Of a DNA stretch of 64,000 bases, positions 1 to 9,568 are shown piece after piece. Location: assembly GCA_038064875.1 (NCBI GenBank), contig JBBTSC010000001.1:55369-119368 (forward strand), given 5' to 3'. A program made the position numbers and the translations under genes. The notes beneath the pieces are model-generated. The model had not been told where the DNA came from. It made no database searches and saw nothing but the letters and a program-made list of their open reading frames with translations. Each line of letters starts with the position of its first letter. Position 1 is the stretch's first letter. This stretch comes from Patescibacteria group bacterium (GTDB lineage Bacteria; Patescibacteriota; Saccharimonadia; Saccharimonadales; 2-12-FULL-41-12).

Positions 1-687
1 GGAAATGTAGAGCTGTTGTCACTTGCCAAGCTCAATCTCGTGCAATCCCGCGAGGGAGGCATGGTTAGGCTGACAGGTGCTAAGACAGTAGAGCATTATC
101 CAGAGATCGTGAAGGATGCAGACGGCATGATGATGGTGTATGAGTGGCTAAAAACTGTAGATAAGATTTCTCCAGACGGCGAAGGGCAGGAGTATTTTGA
201 GCTACTTCACACCAGCCTCAATGCTTTGAACGAACAAAAAATTAGTGCAGAAAATATACATATTTGGTTATATATTCAGCTGATAAATGCCAGCGGATAC
301 ACGCTAAATTGGGATAATTTACCTGACTTGCGTGGAGCTTTCTCAGCTCCAGACTTATCTGAGTCGCCCAAAACAGATATTTCTTCACTCAGTGTACCTA
401 CGGGTACCCCTCAATCTGATAATATCGGTTTTGAATCAACTCAGAATAACTCTGGAAACCAAGAAATTCCACACACGGCAGGTACTGATTTAACAGATGG
501 AGTGTTAGATTTTGACTTTGCCAGTCACCAATTCGTACCATCAGCCAGTGGTATTTATAGTCAGGCTATGGTCAAGCTGATCAAGTTCCATGGAGAGGCA
601 GAAATGCCAAAACAAGTTGTCTGTGACCAGGCTCTCCAGATAGCCTCTGGCAAACTTCTTTCAGAAATTATTAAAAGGATTGTATAA
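1..687 (+). CDS. recO: DNA repair protein RecO, 5' end outside window, with in-frame palindromic insertion
   Basis: Reading frame open from the window edge (GNVELLSLA...); RecO-like helical region; located directly upstream of the GlyRS gene, a common synteny. Confidence 0.75.
   Translation, partial: GNVELLSLAKLNLVQSREGGMVRLTGAKTVEHYPEIVKDADGMMMVYEWLKTVDKISPDGEGQEYFELLHTSLNALNEQKISAENIHIWLYIQLINASGYTLNWDNLPDLRGAFSAPDLSESPKTDISSLSVPTGTPQSDNIGFESTQNNSGNQEIPHTAGTDLTDGVLDFDFASHQFVPSASGIYSQAMVKLIKFHGEAEMPKQVVCDQALQIASGKLLSEIIKRIV
321..484. mobile_element. ~162 bp palindromic (RPE/MITE-like) element inserted in frame in recO
   Basis: Nested inverted repeats ACCTG/CAGGT, TCCAGA/TCTGGA, CTGAGT/ACTCAG, CAAAAC/GTTTTG, GATATT/AATATC; apex GTACC-TACG-GGTAC; CTGAYTT repeated 162 nt apart (323 and 485). 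Confidence 0.8.
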
Positions 688-696
688 TTAGAGTCA

Positions 697-2322
697 ATGA
701 GTAAATCAAAAGTGAAAATGGAAGATATAGTTAGTTTGTGTAAACGCCGTGGTTTTATATACCAAGGCAGTGAAGTTTATGGTGGCCTATCTGGTACTTG
801 GGATTACGGCCCTTTGGGAGTAGCTCTAAAGCGGAATATCATTAACTTCTGGTGGAAGACGTTTGTTGAGGATAGAGACGACATGTACGGCGTCGATGCA
901 GCGATTTTGATGAACCAAAAAGTCTGGCAAGCCAGTGGTCACGTAGATACTTTTACAGATCCTCTTGTTGAGTGTAATGAATGCGGTGCTAAGCACAGGG
1001 TTGATCAACTGGGTATAGACGAGGAAATTTTTTCTAAAACCCTAAATGCATACAATAATAAACTCAAAATTTTAATAAAGGATTTTACTCATAAAATCAG
1101 AGAAGAAAAAGAAAAAAACCGTAAATTTCTGAATTTAGACACTTCCTTACTTGAACAAGGTATATTGGACAAAAATGCTATAAATATTATCAAAGAATTT
1201 TCAGAGAATATTCCTGAAGACACTGCCTCCTATATTAATCTCGAAAGACTTTCTATAAGAATACGGGAAATGCGACTGGAATTAATAAAAGCTAAGAGTT
1301 TGGAAGGTCCTATTGTAAAAGAATTTCTACAGCTAACTAACATAACCTGTCCTACTTGTAAGAGCAATAACTGGTTAACCCCTAGAAAATTCAATATGAT
1401 GTTCAAGACCAATGTTGGTCCTGTAGCGGATGAGAATTCTGTCAGCTATCTAAGGCCTGAGACTGCACAGGGGATATTTACGAATTATAAGAACGTGGTG
1501 GATAGCTTTTATCCAGATGTGCCGTTTGGTATTGGGCAGATTGGCAAGGCTTTTAGAAACGAAATCAGCCCACGTGACTTTGTGTTCCGTAGTCGTGAGT
1601 TTGAGCAGATGGAAATAGAATATTTCATCCATCCAGATAGTTGGGAGAAGATGTTTGACGGCTGGGTAAAGGGAATTAGAATGTTCCTCAAAGAACTTGG
1701 TTTGCCAGAAGATTCAGTACACGAGCTAGAGGTAGAAGAGGCAGATCGTGCACATTATAGTAAGCGTACTATCGACTTTGAGTTTGATTTCCCACACAAG
1801 CGTGATGAATTACTCGGCCTAGCTTACAGAACAGACTTCGATCTAGGAAACATCCAGCGAGTTAGTGGTAAAAACATGGAATATCGGCCAAAAGACGGTT
1901 CAGAACCGTTTGTTCCTCATGTAATAGAGCCGAGCTTTGGTGTAGAGCGTATGATAGTTGCTGTTCTGACCAGTGCATATACAGAGGACGAGATCAACGG
2001 AGAGAAAAGAACTTATTTGAAGTTACCAGCACATCTCGCTCCTGTTAAAGTAGCAGTATCTCCACTACTAAAGAACAAGCCAGAATTAGTTGCTAAAGCT
2101 CAAGAAGTCTATAAAATGCTTAAAAAAGAATACGGCAACGTAATGTATGACGACAACGGCAACATCGGCAAAAGATACCGACGCCAAGACGAAATCGGTA
2201 CCCCATACTGCATAACAATAGACTTCGACACCCTAGAAGATAACACAGTGACTATTAGAGACAGAGACACAGCCGAACAAAAAAGAATAAGTGCAATTAA
2301 GATAAAAGGAACAATTAGCTAG
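697..2322 (+). CDS. glyQS: Glycine--tRNA ligase, alpha2 (eukaryote-like) type
   Basis: Motifs DYGPLG, LRPETAQG, FRNEISPR, REFEQMEIE, IEPSFG, IGKRYRRQDEIGTP. Confidence 0.97.
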   Translation: MSKSKVKMEDIVSLCKRRGFIYQGSEVYGGLSGTWDYGPLGVALKRNIINFWWKTFVEDRDDMYGVDAAILMNQKVWQASGHVDTFTDPLVECNECGAKHRVDQLGIDEEIFSKTLNAYNNKLKILIKDFTHKIREEKEKNRKFLNLDTSLLEQGILDKNAINIIKEFSENIPEDTASYINLERLSIRIREMRLELIKAKSLEGPIVKEFLQLTNITCPTCKSNNWLTPRKFNMMFKTNVGPVADENSVSYLRPETAQGIFTNYKNVVDSFYPDVPFGIGQIGKAFRNEISPRDFVFRSREFEQMEIEYFIHPDSWEKMFDGWVKGIRMFLKELGLPEDSVHELEVEEADRAHYSKRTIDFEFDFPHKRDELLGLAYRTDFDLGNIQRVSGKNMEYRPKDGSEPFVPHVIEPSFGVERMIVAVLTSAYTEDEINGEKRTYLKLPAHLAPVKVAVSPLLKNKPELVAKAQEVYKMLKKEYGNVMYDDNGNIGKRYRRQDEIGTPYCITIDFDTLEDNTVTIRDRDTAEQKRISAIKIKGTIS

Positions 2323-2323
2323 A

Positions 2324-3037
2324 ATGTCAACTATGGATGTTATCTCGAAAGTTCGTGCTAGTTTACCAATAGTACTAGTTGCAGATGCTGATAACAATAT
2401 CGTATCAAAGGGTAGCGGTTTTGTATTTCAGAATCAAGAACTTGTGGTTACTTGTGCTCATGTTGTTGCAAATAAGCCTAATTCAAGTGTTTATCTACAA
2501 TTTGAAGATAATGATCAATTCGTATCTGCTAGTGTTGCTTTAATTGATCAGGACCATGATATAGCACTTCTCCGTTTTAAGCCCGATAAAAACAGGCAAC
2601 CACTAATAAGCTCAGAGAAATCTGTACAAGAAGGTATGTCAGTATTATTCTCCGGATATCCGTTATCTTTGATGAGCCTTACTACTCATCAAGGGATAGT
2701 CTCTTCAATAATCAAAGATCCCACAGGTATGACACGTTATTTGATTGACGGCACTGTTAACCCCGGCAATAGTGGTGGTCCCTTGCTGGACGTTGATGGT
2801 AAAGTTCTAGGAGTTATTGACGCAACGAGAAGAGAGAACAATGACATTATAAGCAAACTTAAATTTATGAATACTGGAGCAATATCTCTGCATGGTTTAG
2901 ATTTAGTTGAATTATATAATGCTTTAGCTAATAATCTACAGCTTGGTGTAGGCTACGCCGTTCCTGCAGGATATATACCAAGCTATCCTGAACCTAAAGC
3001 TAATACTAAAACAAAAAAGGAAAGAAAAAAGAAGTGA
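2324..3037 (+). CDS. Trypsin-like (S1) serine protease
   Basis: Catalytic triad motifs TCAHV, DIALL, GNSGGP. Confidence 0.9.
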   Translation: MSTMDVISKVRASLPIVLVADADNNIVSKGSGFVFQNQELVVTCAHVVANKPNSSVYLQFEDNDQFVSASVALIDQDHDIALLRFKPDKNRQPLISSEKSVQEGMSVLFSGYPLSLMSLTTHQGIVSSIIKDPTGMTRYLIDGTVNPGNSGGPLLDVDGKVLGVIDATRRENNDIISKLKFMNTGAISLHGLDLVELYNALANNLQLGVGYAVPAGYIPSYPEPKANTKTKKERKKK

Positions 3038-3360
3038 ATATCAAATATATACATCAGGCCAATGGTTTCTATTTTGGATTTATTTCAAACGAGTCTTTAT
3101 TTAGTCGTGATGGAGCTTATCTAGGTTGGGTTGAAAATGATAGTAGTGTTTGGGATAAACACGGTAGATACAGAGGTCATATAATTACCATTAATAATGC
3201 TAATTATATTTTCCGTCCAAGATTCACCGTATCTCCTATACCTAAAGTGCCAAAAGTAGAACCTGTTAGACCAGTTTTACCTCAACCTGCTATGAATCTT
3301 ATGCCTATAATCATACCTCTATCTCATGAAGAAGCTTTTAAGAATCCAAATATAAGCTAA
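3034..3360 (+). CDS. Small beta-repeat protein (4-fold beta-flower-like)
   Basis: Repeated G-x-Y-x-G-x-I/V units; Pro-rich tail; GTGA overlap with the protease gene. Confidence 0.6.
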   Translation: MNIKYIHQANGFYFGFISNESLFSRDGAYLGWVENDSSVWDKHGRYRGHIITINNANYIFRPRFTVSPIPKVPKVEPVRPVLPQPAMNLMPIIIPLSHEEAFKNPNIS

Positions 3361-3374
3361 GGATTATTATTTGT

Positions 3375-3989
3375 ATGAATATAGTTGATTTATCTGTTGT
3401 TTTGAATGAGGAGACTCCGGTTTATCCTGGAGATCCTGCTACAAAGATAGAACCTGCTGGGATTTTTGGCAAAGATGGCTACAATGACCATTATGTATCT
3501 GTTGGTACGCATGTGGGGACTCATATTGATGCACCTTTGCATATGATTGACGGTGGCAAAACTATTGATCAATTTCCTCTAGATAAATTTATTGGCAGAG
3601 GAGTATATGTCAAATTAGAGAATAAAACATTTGATCTAGAAAAGCTTAAAAACATGGATATCAGAGAAGGCGATACTGTGTTATTTCACACCGGTATGAG
3701 CGACTTTTATGGTCAGAGTGAATATTTTGATCAATCACCAGAAATAACAGAGGATATAGCCCAATATTTGGTAGAGAAAAAGATAAGTATGGTCGGCATG
3801 GACATGTGTAGCCCAGACAAGCCACCTTTTAACACCCACAAAATCTTCCTTGGTGCGGATGTGTTAATCATAGAAAATCTAACCAATCTATCAGAACTAG
3901 AAAACAAAGAATTCACAGTCCACGCGCTCCCGCTAAAACTACAAATAGATGCCTCACCGAGTAGAGTAACTGCTATAATTGAAGAATAA
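3375..3989 (+). CDS. Cyclase family / kynurenine formamidase-like metal hydrolase
   Basis: HVGTHIDAPLH motif; IIENL. Confidence 0.9.
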   Translation: MNIVDLSVVLNEETPVYPGDPATKIEPAGIFGKDGYNDHYVSVGTHVGTHIDAPLHMIDGGKTIDQFPLDKFIGRGVYVKLENKTFDLEKLKNMDIREGDTVLFHTGMSDFYGQSEYFDQSPEITEDIAQYLVEKKISMVGMDMCSPDKPPFNTHKIFLGADVLIIENLTNLSELENKEFTVHALPLKLQIDASPSRVTAIIEE

Positions 3990-4882
3990 TGAAGAAAAAG
4001 ATACTTATTACGGATTCGTTTTTTGTCCCCGAAGGGCACAAAGAGCGTTTGCGTAACGCTGGGTATGAAGTTGTGCATCTGGACAAAGTTAAAGCCAGTG
4101 AAGCAGAGATAATAAAAGCACTCGAAGGGGTTTCAGTCTATATTATCGGAGGTATAGAAGAGGTAAATGACAAGGTTATTGAGTCTACAGATATGCTAGA
4201 GACAATCATTTTTACAGGTGTTGATTACCAAAAGTTTGTGCCCGGATCTGTCAAAGCTATAGAAAAAGGTATAAAAATACTTAATGCACCAGGTGCTAAC
4301 GCTGTTGGAGTGGCTGAGTTTGCTGTTGGGGTAGCGCTACTCATGCAACGAAATTTGGTAAGTATAAGCAGGCTAGGCGATAAAAAGAACTTCACAACAG
4401 GCTCATTACAGGACTCTGTAATAGGGCTAATAGGTGCTGGAAATATTGGTCAGACGATTTTAGATATTGTCACTCCGATCCAGCCCAAAGAAGTTATTTA
4501 TTATAATCGTTCTGAAAAGGACGTAAAAGCAAGGCGTGTTGAGCTAGATGAGCTACTAGAAAAATCAGATATTATTTTCCTAACTCTGCCTATGAGCGCA
4601 GGTGAAATTTTGGATAAGGAGAATATTGCAAAGTTGAAAAAGGGCAGTCTATTGGTTAGTGTTTCTCCCTATAATTTAATCGATTTTGATGCACTTTTGC
4701 CGCGTCTTAAAGCTGGTGAAGTCCGTTGTGGTGTGGATTGGCCATCACCATCACCAGAATTTGATGAGCTTTCTATTGATGTTTGGTACAGCGTGAACTC
4801 TCATAGTGCATACAACACCAAGCAAGCAATTAATAAAGTTAGTGACAGTGTTACAGAAACGGCAATAGGGCTACTAAAATAG
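3989..4882 (+). CDS. D-2-hydroxyacid dehydrogenase family protein
   Basis: NAPGANAVGVAE; GLIGAGNIG Rossmann motif; C-terminal HSA. Confidence 0.85.
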   Translation: MKKKILITDSFFVPEGHKERLRNAGYEVVHLDKVKASEAEIIKALEGVSVYIIGGIEEVNDKVIESTDMLETIIFTGVDYQKFVPGSVKAIEKGIKILNAPGANAVGVAEFAVGVALLMQRNLVSISRLGDKKNFTTGSLQDSVIGLIGAGNIGQTILDIVTPIQPKEVIYYNRSEKDVKARRVELDELLEKSDIIFLTLPMSAGEILDKENIAKLKKGSLLVSVSPYNLIDFDALLPRLKAGEVRCGVDWPSPSPEFDELSIDVWYSVNSHSAYNTKQAINKVSDSVTETAIGLLK

Positions 4883-4884
4883 CT

Positions 4885-5394
4885 ATGAGCGACATTCCAG
4901 AGGATGCTTTGGTGGAGAGTTGGGAGAGTGTGCATACTCATTCTGTGAAGTTAGCGAAGTTGATCAGAGAACATTGTGCCGAGACTGGTGAGAAGTTTGA
5001 TGGAATTATTGTGATTCCCAGAGGTGGATATTACCCAGCAAACATCGTTGCACGAGAGCTAGGGTTCGAAGCTGTTAGACTGCTAAACGCATCAGTAGGA
5101 TCATATAAAGAGAATGAAACTACTCGCCAATCAGAATTCGAGCTAGGGCAAATGCCAAGCAAAGTAGATGTGCAGTCTAAAAACTTGCTCATCATCGACG
5201 AAGTCTGCGATACAGGAAACACACTAGAATTTTTAACAAAATGGCTTAAAGATCAGGGTGCAGGACAGGTGCGGAGCGGAGTGTTGCACTACAAACCACA
5301 GCAAAGCCAAACAGGCTACCAACCAGACTGGTACGTAGTACAAACAGACAAATGGATAGTTTACCCCTGGGAATCCCACGAAAAAGCAGATTAA
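4885..5394 (+). CDS. Purine phosphoribosyltransferase family protein
   Basis: IPRGG; LLIIDEVCDTGNT PRPP loop; WIVYPWE. Confidence 0.88.
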   Translation: MSDIPEDALVESWESVHTHSVKLAKLIREHCAETGEKFDGIIVIPRGGYYPANIVARELGFEAVRLLNASVGSYKENETTRQSEFELGQMPSKVDVQSKNLLIIDEVCDTGNTLEFLTKWLKDQGAGQVRSGVLHYKPQQSQTGYQPDWYVVQTDKWIVYPWESHEKAD

Positions 5395-5430
5395 TAACTG
5401 AACTGCTATAATTAGGTTATAGGAGGGGAT

Positions 5431-5829
5431 ATGGATTTAGTAACAAAATATGCGGTTGTAGCAATAGCTTTTGCTGGAGTGGATTTCATCTGGCTGGGAT
5501 TTGTGGCAAATAAGTTTTATCGGTCTCAGATAGGGTCACTACTCCTTGAAAAGCCTAATTTGACGGCAGCAATAGCGTTTTATGCAATATTCTTAGCAGG
5601 GCTGATATTGTTTGTGATAAACCCTGCTCTGAAAGCAGATGATTGGAAGGTGGCACTGGGGCTAGGGTCTGCATTTGGGCTGGTCACATATGCTACTTAT
5701 GATCTAACAAACCTAGCCACTCTAAAAGGCTACACAACTACCATGACTATTGTAGATATACTCTGGGGGGTTGTACTGACATCAGCTGTATCGGTGATAT
5801 CATTCTTTGTTCTGAGTAAGGTGCTGTAG
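5431..5829 (+). CDS. DUF2177 family membrane protein
   Basis: DFIWLG and YATYDLTNLATLK motifs; four TM segments; GGAGG RBS. Confidence 0.85.
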   Translation: MDLVTKYAVVAIAFAGVDFIWLGFVANKFYRSQIGSLLLEKPNLTAAIAFYAIFLAGLILFVINPALKADDWKVALGLGSAFGLVTYATYDLTNLATLKGYTTTMTIVDILWGVVLTSAVSVISFFVLSKVL

Positions 5830-6608
5830 TGGATTTCTGGCAAACAGCAGGACTCAGTGGGTTAGCAGGATTCGCATTTTTAAACTTAGTATTTCTATAT
5901 GCATTTGGCAAAAAACGCTATGATGTAATTGATTCTGCGTGGGGCATGACATTTATAGTAATCTGCCTGACTAGCTATAATCTATCAGAAAATACAGATG
6001 TTGGGCTCTTGGCTTTAGTCATGGTTATAGTATGGGGTGTTAGACTTTCTAGTCATATTTTTTCTCGATTTGTGCGGTCCAAGACGGAAGATCCGCGGTA
6101 CGTAGAACTACGCAAAAACTGGAAAGGAAGCGTAGCGGTAAACACATATTTTAGGATATTTCTTGCGCAAGCAGTACTGGCTTTTCTGATATGCATACCG
6201 GTAATTGTTCTGAATGTTTACGCAAAGACTGATTGGAGCTGGCTGATAATGGCAGGAATCGTAGTCTGGGTAGTCGGATATATGATAGAAAAAACCGCTG
6301 ACAATCAGCTGCGAAAATTTGTAAGCCAGGACAAAAACAGAGGCAAAATCATGCAATCAGGACTATGGAAATATTCACGTCACCCGAATTATTTCGGTGA
6401 AATAACTCTGTGGTGGGGAATGCTCCTGATATCTTTGGGAGCAACCAGTGTCTGGTGGGCAATTATTGGTCCGCTGACGATAACGTATTTGATTATATTT
6501 GTATCTGGATTACCGCCAAATGAGAAGAGATTTGAAGGCAAACCTGGCTGGAAAGAATACAAGTCAAAAACCAGCGTATTGATACCACTGCCACAAAAGG
6601 CTAAATAA
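5829..6608 (+). CDS. DUF1295 / steroid 5-alpha-reductase-like membrane protein
   Basis: EDPRY; GLWKYSRHPNYFGE. Confidence 0.9.
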   Translation: MDFWQTAGLSGLAGFAFLNLVFLYAFGKKRYDVIDSAWGMTFIVICLTSYNLSENTDVGLLALVMVIVWGVRLSSHIFSRFVRSKTEDPRYVELRKNWKGSVAVNTYFRIFLAQAVLAFLICIPVIVLNVYAKTDWSWLIMAGIVVWVVGYMIEKTADNQLRKFVSQDKNRGKIMQSGLWKYSRHPNYFGEITLWWGMLLISLGATSVWWAIIGPLTITYLIIFVSGLPPNEKRFEGKPGWKEYKSKTSVLIPLPQKAK

Positions 6609-7084
6609 TGGCAAAGGTATTTGTAGAGGACAATCTTCAAAAATATGAATACGAGACAGTAGAGCTTGCTGGCAAAAACTTCGACCCTATATTTGCACCA
6701 GATTTGACGCCAAAACAGATGTTAGAGCTAGGCATATTCAACGGAAATTATTTTGAAGGATATACAGATGAATTTCCAAAAGATTGGTTCAAAAACGCCA
6801 AAGATACAAATTATTTCAAAGTAAATGCCAGCCAATCACGCCAAGAGTGGCAGAGAAAGGGTTGGATCTACGAGGAAGATCCTAGAGGGTGGTTCCAGTG
6901 GTACTGCAGATATTATATGGGGCGGAGAATCCGAGAAGAAGATGCTCGTCAGATAAAACGTTGGAAAAACATCAGACGTCATGTCTCGCAAATCCAGAAA
7001 TACTGTGCGCCAGGCGATTTAACTTGTCGACCACGTCAACGCCAAGCAGTCCTGCACTGGGCCTACGACAGCACAATGCTATAA
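6608..7084 (+). CDS. Conserved hypothetical protein
   Basis: Operon-coupled ORF with LTPKQML..G.F.G.Y, DPRGWFQWYCRYY, RQAVLHW motifs; function not recognised. Confidence 0.7.
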   Translation: MAKVFVEDNLQKYEYETVELAGKNFDPIFAPDLTPKQMLELGIFNGNYFEGYTDEFPKDWFKNAKDTNYFKVNASQSRQEWQRKGWIYEEDPRGWFQWYCRYYMGRRIREEDARQIKRWKNIRRHVSQIQKYCAPGDLTCRPRQRQAVLHWAYDSTML

Positions 7085-7091
7085 TTGAGCT

Positions 7092-7520
7092 ATGAAAATA
7101 GAAGCCAAAAATGTGGAAGATTATCTGAGCAAGGCAGGGCAATATGAATCCGAACTACGAGAAGTCGATGCTGTGATCAGACAAAATGCGCCTAATTTAA
7201 AACCTGTACTGACTACCGGCATGGCATCTACAATGATTGGCTATGGCAACATGCCATATAAGCCGAAAAGTGCTAAAGTTGCCAGTGAGTGGCCACTAGT
7301 ACTTCTAGCCGCGCAAAAAAACTACATGGCGCTATATCTATGTGCGACAAATGATGGTCAATATGTTGCAGAAAAATACGAGTCACAACTGGGCAAAGTA
7401 TCAGTGGGCAAAAGTTGTGTACGATTCAAAAAATTAGAAGACTTAAATTTAGATACGGTAAAAATTATATTAAAAGACTTGAACACAAGATTTCTCAGAG
7501 GAGAAAAAGCCTTTAACTAG
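7092..7520 (+). CDS. DUF1801 (YdhG-like) protein
   Basis: MIGYG, AAQKNY, GKSCVRFKKL. Confidence 0.8.
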   Translation: MKIEAKNVEDYLSKAGQYESELREVDAVIRQNAPNLKPVLTTGMASTMIGYGNMPYKPKSAKVASEWPLVLLAAQKNYMALYLCATNDGQYVAEKYESQLGKVSVGKSCVRFKKLEDLNLDTVKIILKDLNTRFLRGEKAFN

Positions 7521-8124
7521 AGTTGCTACCCAGAGCTTTAGCCCAGTAGTCTTTGGTAGCGGGGAGGCCCCATTTGGCTATTCCGCCAACAGCAATACCA
7601 GCGCCAGCTACTTTTGCTATTTGTCCTAATTTTGGCTGATTATTTTTTTCCAGGTGGGATCCAATAACTTGCAGGCCAGTCCCTAAACAACTGGCAAAAA
7701 CACTGTATTTTCCGTTTTTGCTGACTTCTATATCTGGGTTTTCATTAAATTTTTTGTCATAGATAACAGCGCCTGCGTTGCTGGCGTTATAGAGTCCAAC
7801 AACTGCTAAAAGGCCTGGAGAAGCAAGATCTAGTTTGTAGATATTATAAAGTCCAAAAGCAATCTTTACCTTGTCACCTCCTGCGTCTACCTGTGCGCCG
7901 AGCGCTGATGCGGTGCCAGTCGCCCTGGCGACAGTACCGTCAACAACATCAGCGAGGAATGATCCGGCAACCATGCCGATTCCTTTGGTGGTATCAAGTT
8001 GTGGCATGTATCTCATGGCGACGCCAAAAGCCACTGCATCAATTAGGTTCGCTGGAGTAACAATGTCATGTGTCGCCACTGCTACTTTTTGGAAGATGTT
8101 TGGGTCTTGTTCTGGAATTCGCAT
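7513..8124 (-). CDS. CDP-alcohol phosphatidyltransferase
   Basis: TPAN followed by DVVDGTVAR...GAQVDAGGDK signature. Confidence 0.85.
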   Translation of the reverse strand: MRIPEQDPNIFQKVAVATHDIVTPANLIDAVAFGVAMRYMPQLDTTKGIGMVAGSFLADVVDGTVARATGTASALGAQVDAGGDKVKIAFGLYNIYKLDLASPGLLAVVGLYNASNAGAVIYDKKFNENPDIEVSKNGKYSVFASCLGTGLQVIGSHLEKNNQPKLGQIAKVAGAGIAVGGIAKWGLPATKDYWAKALGSNSS

Positions 8125-8127
8125 TGT

Positions 8128-9468
8128 TTATTTAGCTCCTCTGTATTTAAGCGCAACGCTACCGGCAACAAGTCCACCGGCTGCTAGAACTACCAATGAT
8201 TTTGCCTTTTTCTTGCCATCTTCTTTAAATTTAGGGTCATCATTTGCTCCTATACAGTTACTAGATGATTCTCCCATGCAAAAGACCATGGCTCGTTCAA
8301 AAGCAGTTATTAGATTACCTGAAGCGATGGTGGCGCTAGTCACATCAGAGATATCTTGATTTTTGCTCATAAAAAAGCCAATTCCGGCTTCTATCCCTCT
8401 GATAACTCTAGTACCGTTGCCGTTCTCTGGGACTACGTAGCCCCGGGATTCAGCTAGTGCTCTAAATAGAGCAGTCAAGCAGACCGTACCCGCGCCGATA
8501 GCGTAGTTGTCGGCAGCTACATCATTACCATTTTGGCGTTCTGTTATTGAGGCTGAGATCAATGAAAATACTTCTTGGATCTTGTCAGCCCAAAGGTCTT
8601 TGAGCATGCCTTCTTGAGTAGTCTCTACGCCATTTTTTTCTGCCTGGTGTCTAGCAAGAGCACCGTCTAAAGCGTCCATCAGACTCCCCATTGAATATAG
8701 GAGGGTAGGGCCCATGACTTTATCTGGTTTTCGCATGAGCATGCATCCTGCTGTTATAACCATACCGGCTCCCAGCATAGTAATATGATCTGGTGTCAGC
8801 CCTGGGACTTTTTCATCAAGTTGTTCAACAATTTTTTGGATAGGGTTGCCGAACACTTCTCTAAATTTACTGTTGCGAGCAGATTCTGTCTTTTCTTTTG
8901 GCTTGTCGTCTTTTAAATACTCTGTTAGGTAGTCAATACCACTCAGAATATTTAGGGCTGTGCCATATGAAGCTGGTCGACGAATATTATCAGGATTGTC
9001 TGCAAGAGGAGAATGAGCCAAAACTAAGGCTGTCATTTCGGCTGTGGTTTTGTATTTACCAAGTTTGCCCGCTGAGACGTCTATCCCTTTTTTGTCTGCG
9101 TAATACCGAGATGATTCTACGACTAAATCTCGTACAAATTTGACACCGATGTGAGTAGGAGATAATTCGCCATTTTTGGTCAATGCGCCTTCTTGGCCAT
9201 AGACAAAAGCTTTATCTGTAAATTGGTCGAATCGAGCGCTAAATTTAGAGAAAGGAGCTTTCCTGCCATAGTGGCCATCACGTTCATCAGTGGCTTCTGC
9301 AAGTAATGCCAGTCCAGCTACAGGCCATCTGCGCTCCCCAGGCTCTTTTAATAGCAAATGAGCCGTCAAGAAAGGCGTAGACACCAATCTAGCAAGAGTA
9401 AGGCTATCGGCCATATTTCTCTCAAATGATCTTTCTGGAAACGAATCTAATATCTCACGTGGTTTCAT
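8128..9468 (-). CDS. Tandem two-domain CDP-alcohol phosphatidyltransferase
   Basis: Two signatures: DERDGHYGR...DQFTDK and TPDHIT...DALDGALAR...DLWADK. Confidence 0.82.
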   Translation of the reverse strand: MKPREILDSFPERSFERNMADSLTLARLVSTPFLTAHLLLKEPGERRWPVAGLALLAEATDERDGHYGRKAPFSKFSARFDQFTDKAFVYGQEGALTKNGELSPTHIGVKFVRDLVVESSRYYADKKGIDVSAGKLGKYKTTAEMTALVLAHSPLADNPDNIRRPASYGTALNILSGIDYLTEYLKDDKPKEKTESARNSKFREVFGNPIQKIVEQLDEKVPGLTPDHITMLGAGMVITAGCMLMRKPDKVMGPTLLYSMGSLMDALDGALARHQAEKNGVETTQEGMLKDLWADKIQEVFSLISASITERQNGNDVAADNYAIGAGTVCLTALFRALAESRGYVVPENGNGTRVIRGIEAGIGFFMSKNQDISDVTSATIASGNLITAFERAMVFCMGESSSNCIGANDDPKFKEDGKKKAKSLVVLAAGGLVAGSVALKYRGAK

Positions 9469-9568
9469 AACACTCCATAACTTACCGCCACCGTAAATAA
9501 TTTAAAGTATTATACCATAAATTATCTAAATAGTTTAATATCCTTGACAAATATGGTAAAATATTAGT

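Noticed and set aside
1010-1345. Intein or intron in glyQS
   Set aside because: No C/S...HN splice motifs or endonuclease signature; the reading frame is continuous
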